The notes beneath the pieces are model-generated. The model saw only the letters and a program-made list of their open reading frames with translations. It had not been told where the DNA came from and made no database searches. This document shows, piece by piece, positions 60,121-64,000 of a stretch of 64,000 nucleotides of DNA (the stretch's first letter is position 1; every line of letters begins with the position of its first letter). This DNA comes from Macrostomum lignano. Taxonomy: Eukaryota. The translations under genes and the position numbers were made by a program. The stretch is taken from positions 62,001 through 126,000 of the forward strand of contig NIVC01001567.1 in assembly GCA_002269645.1 (NCBI GenBank), given 5' to 3'.

Positions 60121-61538
60121 ATCAAAGACAGTTGTAATGTAAAAATTATGCTAAGCACCTAGGACCTTCTCAACAGAATGTGGAAGCAAACAGAAAAAAG
60201 AAACAATTTGACAGTTAACGACAATTAACGGCAACCAATTAATATTGTGCATGCAGATATAGCCCGTGATATATAACTATATTATTTTATAGGAATATGC
60301 CAAGCATTTGGAGGCAATTATGCTAGACAAGTTCCGTAAAATGACTAGTCGTACAGGTCTTTCTCTACAGAGGAAGGCAGTAGGTCTCGTACAGGCCTTT
60401 AGCAGAATTACGGATTAGTGCCAAGCAGAATTGCCTAAAAATATAATAGGCATCTTTTTCTATCTTAACAGAAGCGGAATGTGGCAACAGCTTTGGCTGC
60501 ACACACTCACATAATGACTGACTGACAGTGTTGCAATACGGAAGTGGACTTGTTTTTACAAGATTGATTGATTGATTTTCTATATTCAGATTGATGGTTG
60601 TTTCATCTGCTTTCTTTGTGTTGAAACCAGTTTTGTTGCAGCTTTTGCTGCGTATCTACATTTTCACATCAACATTCTGACCATCCATATATTCAGCAAT
60701 GTTTTTAAATTATCAAATTTCAATTTCATAAGAAGTGTTTGTGCCATCTTTTGACGAATGAATAACTGTATGGGATTTGCAGCTTTGATAATTACAGTGT
60801 ATCCTGTTTGCCTTCAATTGTACGAGTATTAGCCATTATTAGTCTAGTATAATAATAGAATCGGCATTCGGCGGCAGTGTTAAAAATTTAGCCTGTACAT
60901 GAGAGGTTTTCTGAGTTTAGATCTGCTGCAACTGTCTATGGCCCACTTATCGATCGATAGCTCTATAAAACGTCAGCTTTTACAGACTCGGCTTTGAATT
61001 GCGTTTAAGCGGTGTTACTGAAATGGGCCTTAGAGACGGAAATATTTTGTCTATGGCCAAGCTCCAAACCATTCTATGTGCAATTTTAATACTTTTCTAG
61101 GTAGGGGTGGGTGGGGTACAGTATCAGCAGCAGCAGCAGTAGCAGATGAATTTAAAGACTGAAAAAGAAAGCTGGAGTGGCCACTTTTTAGGCATAAGTT
61201 TTTAACTAGTCTGGTAGGCGACTCACCAACTCAGCAGCAGCAGTAGTAGCATCAGTTCATTAACAACTTATTCCCTGCACCATGTTTTTTGGTAGTTTAC
61301 TGGCGCTGCTATTTGGACACGGCGATCCAGTGATGGAGCAGTAACAGGGTAACTATCGATGCATTCAAAATAGAATCTTTAAGATTGATCGCTATAAGCA
61401 GCTGTTTCAATGTGCTCAAGCCATGATACGTTTACCCCAACTAGCTGCTATACAGCAGCTTCGACGATTCAGAGCGCCACTAGCAGCAACAGCAGCAGCT
61501 CAGGCATCTATGCGACGGCGGCCAGAACGGATATGAAT

Positions 61539-61585
<47 letters not shown>

Positions 61586-61729
61586 GCAGCAGAAGCAATG
61601 CTTAATAGTTCCATGTGCGTTATATCTATAGTGAAATTTTAGTTTTGTTTATGGTCACGCTTTTAAATATTATCCACTGTATATGAGCACAATATTTATC
61701 TCTCTCACGCGTGCTCAGGCATCTCTGCG

Positions 61730-63680
61730 GTGGCGTCGGTCAGCATGGTTCCGAAGCAGCAGCAGCAGCAATCTGCTAAGCCGACGGCCAGGCCCTGTCT
61801 AATCGAAGGTTATAATTACGCGACGCCGCGAGTCGACACTCTAAAGCGGCACTTTTTCGCCAAGCATGCCGTCTGGTGCCAGGATGCATCAATTCCACCA
61901 TTTGCAGGCACGGTGGCGAGCAGTGTGGCCACCTGGACGCCGCTGCAGCGAACGATGTGGCACTGGCGGCGCCTGATCCTTCGCCCAGCCAAAGAAACAG
62001 CCGCGACGCGCTCTGATCGCGCCGAGAAATATTGCGCGGAGTGTGCCATATGGTACAGGGATGCTGTGAAGCACGCCAAAAAGCATGCCCGTCTGTTATT
62101 GTCGGCTGGTATACCGGCGGCAGATGCTGTTGAGGACATGGCACCGGAGGCGGCTCCGGCAGCAGCTTTATCATTGTCTCCACCTGCGCCTCAGTCAGCG
62201 GCTCCACCTGTGCCTCAGTCAGCGGCTCCACCTGTGCCTCAGTCAGCGGCTCCACCTGTGCCTTCGTCGGCTTTGGCGGTGGCTACGCCTGCATTATCCG
62301 CTATCCCGCTGCCGCCGCTGCCGCTTCCCCTTCCCCTTCCACCGTGCTGTCGGCTTACTGCGGCGACAACAGGCGTCTATTGTGCCAGTTATAGAGTATA
62401 GAGTACAGAGTATCTTTACTGGCACCTCTATAATAGAGTATCTTTACTGGCACCCATCCAATGGCATTTGAAATCCCGATATTGAGGGCTACTGCGATGC
62501 GCTGGACGCCCTGCTGCGCCTGTTAGGTGTCCCTGTTTGGCAAAATTGCGTCGGTGGCATCTGCTGAAACTGTTGCGGCGGCGGCGGCGGCGGCCGCTGT
62601 CGATCTCGACGCTGACGACGAATTGCAGGCAAACATCTCTCGAGCGCGTCAGCTTCATCATCAAGTATTCTTTGAGTATTGTCTGGCCGAGCCGTCAGAG
62701 GCTGCCGCTGCCGCCGAGCTGTCGCGCACCAGTACGAGCAGCGGGACTGTGCGCAATCGTTCGGAGGCACAGATAAAGTGGATGAAAATTACTGAAATGT
62801 TCGTCGAGTATGATCCCGGCAAACATCGCCACTATCTGTACATCGGCGGTTGGATGCAGCTGCCGGTAGAGCTGACTGTCGTGCTGAGCAAGCGGTGCGC
62901 CATGTTTTTGAAACGAATACGCACACTGCGGCAGACGCACGACTTTCGCTACAAGCTCGACGCACCGAAGCATCACGCTAAAAAGTGAAAGAAGCTGCTG
63001 ACTGATGACAAATGGCGCATTATCCTAGCTGACTACGTTGATCTGCTCGCGCAAAGCAGCAGCAGCAGCGAGCGCAACAGATTGGTCGTGCATGCGACTA
63101 TGCAGCATCCGCAACGCATTCGACCATGGATAGGACTGCGCTGGGATTACATTCAACCCGACAGTGTCTACCGGATGGACAATCCGGAGAACAACTATTC
63201 GACCATCAGCGTGCCGGGTAGACGGGTTAGTCACAAGAAGCGTACGACCATCGGATGTAGCGTCCTCTGTGTGTCGACTGCATTCGTTGAGTTGCTGCGG
63301 TCATGGCGCAATTCGCTGACAGCCGCTGCTTATTCGTCTGCATTCGCCGCTGCCGCCGCCGCATGTCCGTTTGTATTTTGTATGCGCGCTGGCAAGATGT
63401 CAGTCGGCACATACAGCCACGCGGTGGAATCACATGCTGCCCGCCTGTTAAATCGCAGAGGCGTAGGGCTGACAGTGTTCCGCAGCTCCAAAACGACCAT
63501 CTTGACCGCCAGTCATCCTGAGCTGACAAGATCACTAGCCAGCCTGATGAAGACGTTGAAGGCCTTGCTGTTTAGGCATTATGCCACTGACTCTATGTTG
63601 TCCAATAAGACCAATATGCAGGCAACGATTGCTGCGCTGGTGGCTGGACGTGCCGCCGCTGAAGCCAGTTCTGTATCTAG

Positions 63681-63711
<31 letters not shown>

Positions 63712-63825
63712 AAGCAATCTGAGCGTCGTCAGCGGCCACCAGCCGGTAGTAGACGTCGTCGAAGGCCGCTGCCACAAAAGTCTAGTTCTTCGGAGGATGA
63801 AGCCGCCGCCGCCGCCGATGATTAG
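61730..63825 (+). CDS. Cluster of three GC-rich, apparently intronless ORFs of unknown function (61730-62401, 62527-62988, 63082-63825)
   Basis: The first ORF has degenerate C2H2-like motifs (CLIEGYNYATPRVDTLKRHFFAKH; CAECAIWYRDAVKHAKKH). I recognise no family for the others. Confidence 0.35.
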
Positions 63826-64000
63826 CAGCTCGCTACTACTGTTGTTGACAGGCCAGATAAAAGCGGTGCAGCGTCGTCGTTTCTATCGCTTTCGCAGCCG
63901 ACAACTTATGATCAGAAGCAGTGTCGGCAGGCAGCAATCATGGCATCCAGCTGCATCGAGCAGATGTCCCCATCGCCATCATCTAGATCGTCGAGGTTTT

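Overview
This is eukaryotic (metazoan) genomic DNA. The 5.8S/28S sequence and a ciliary DNAAF9 orthologue suggest a ciliated invertebrate, most plausibly a flatworm; that is my inference and no database search was run. The first 10 kb hold the 3' exons of DNAAF9 (C20orf194), with a dead mariner and minisatellites in its introns. The remaining 54 kb are nested mobile DNA. In order: a 9.4-kb block bounded by ~975-bp inverted repeats with TTAA outer ends, containing a LINE-like element whose ORF1 carries an AlkB-family dioxygenase domain plus three CCHC knuckles and whose ORF2 starts with a 2A-like peptide and a PHD finger; a broken rDNA unit (18S-ITS1-5.8S-ITS2-28S) hit by three non-LTR elements (an R2-A-type element in the 18S with a 5' HDV-like ribozyme, a canonical 28S R2, a LOA/R1-group fragment); a Gypsy element whose Gag carries a cold-shock domain; a Polinton/adintovirus-like capsid module; and a Helitron-type STPR-repeat/OTU gene. 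Three divergent RPA70-like genes and three copies of a small spliced Arg/Gly-rich zinc-knuckle-polyQ gene are spread across this region. Most elements have frameshifts or stops, some in homopolymers and therefore possibly sequencing errors. Repeat and fragment boundaries are approximate unless a junction is quoted.
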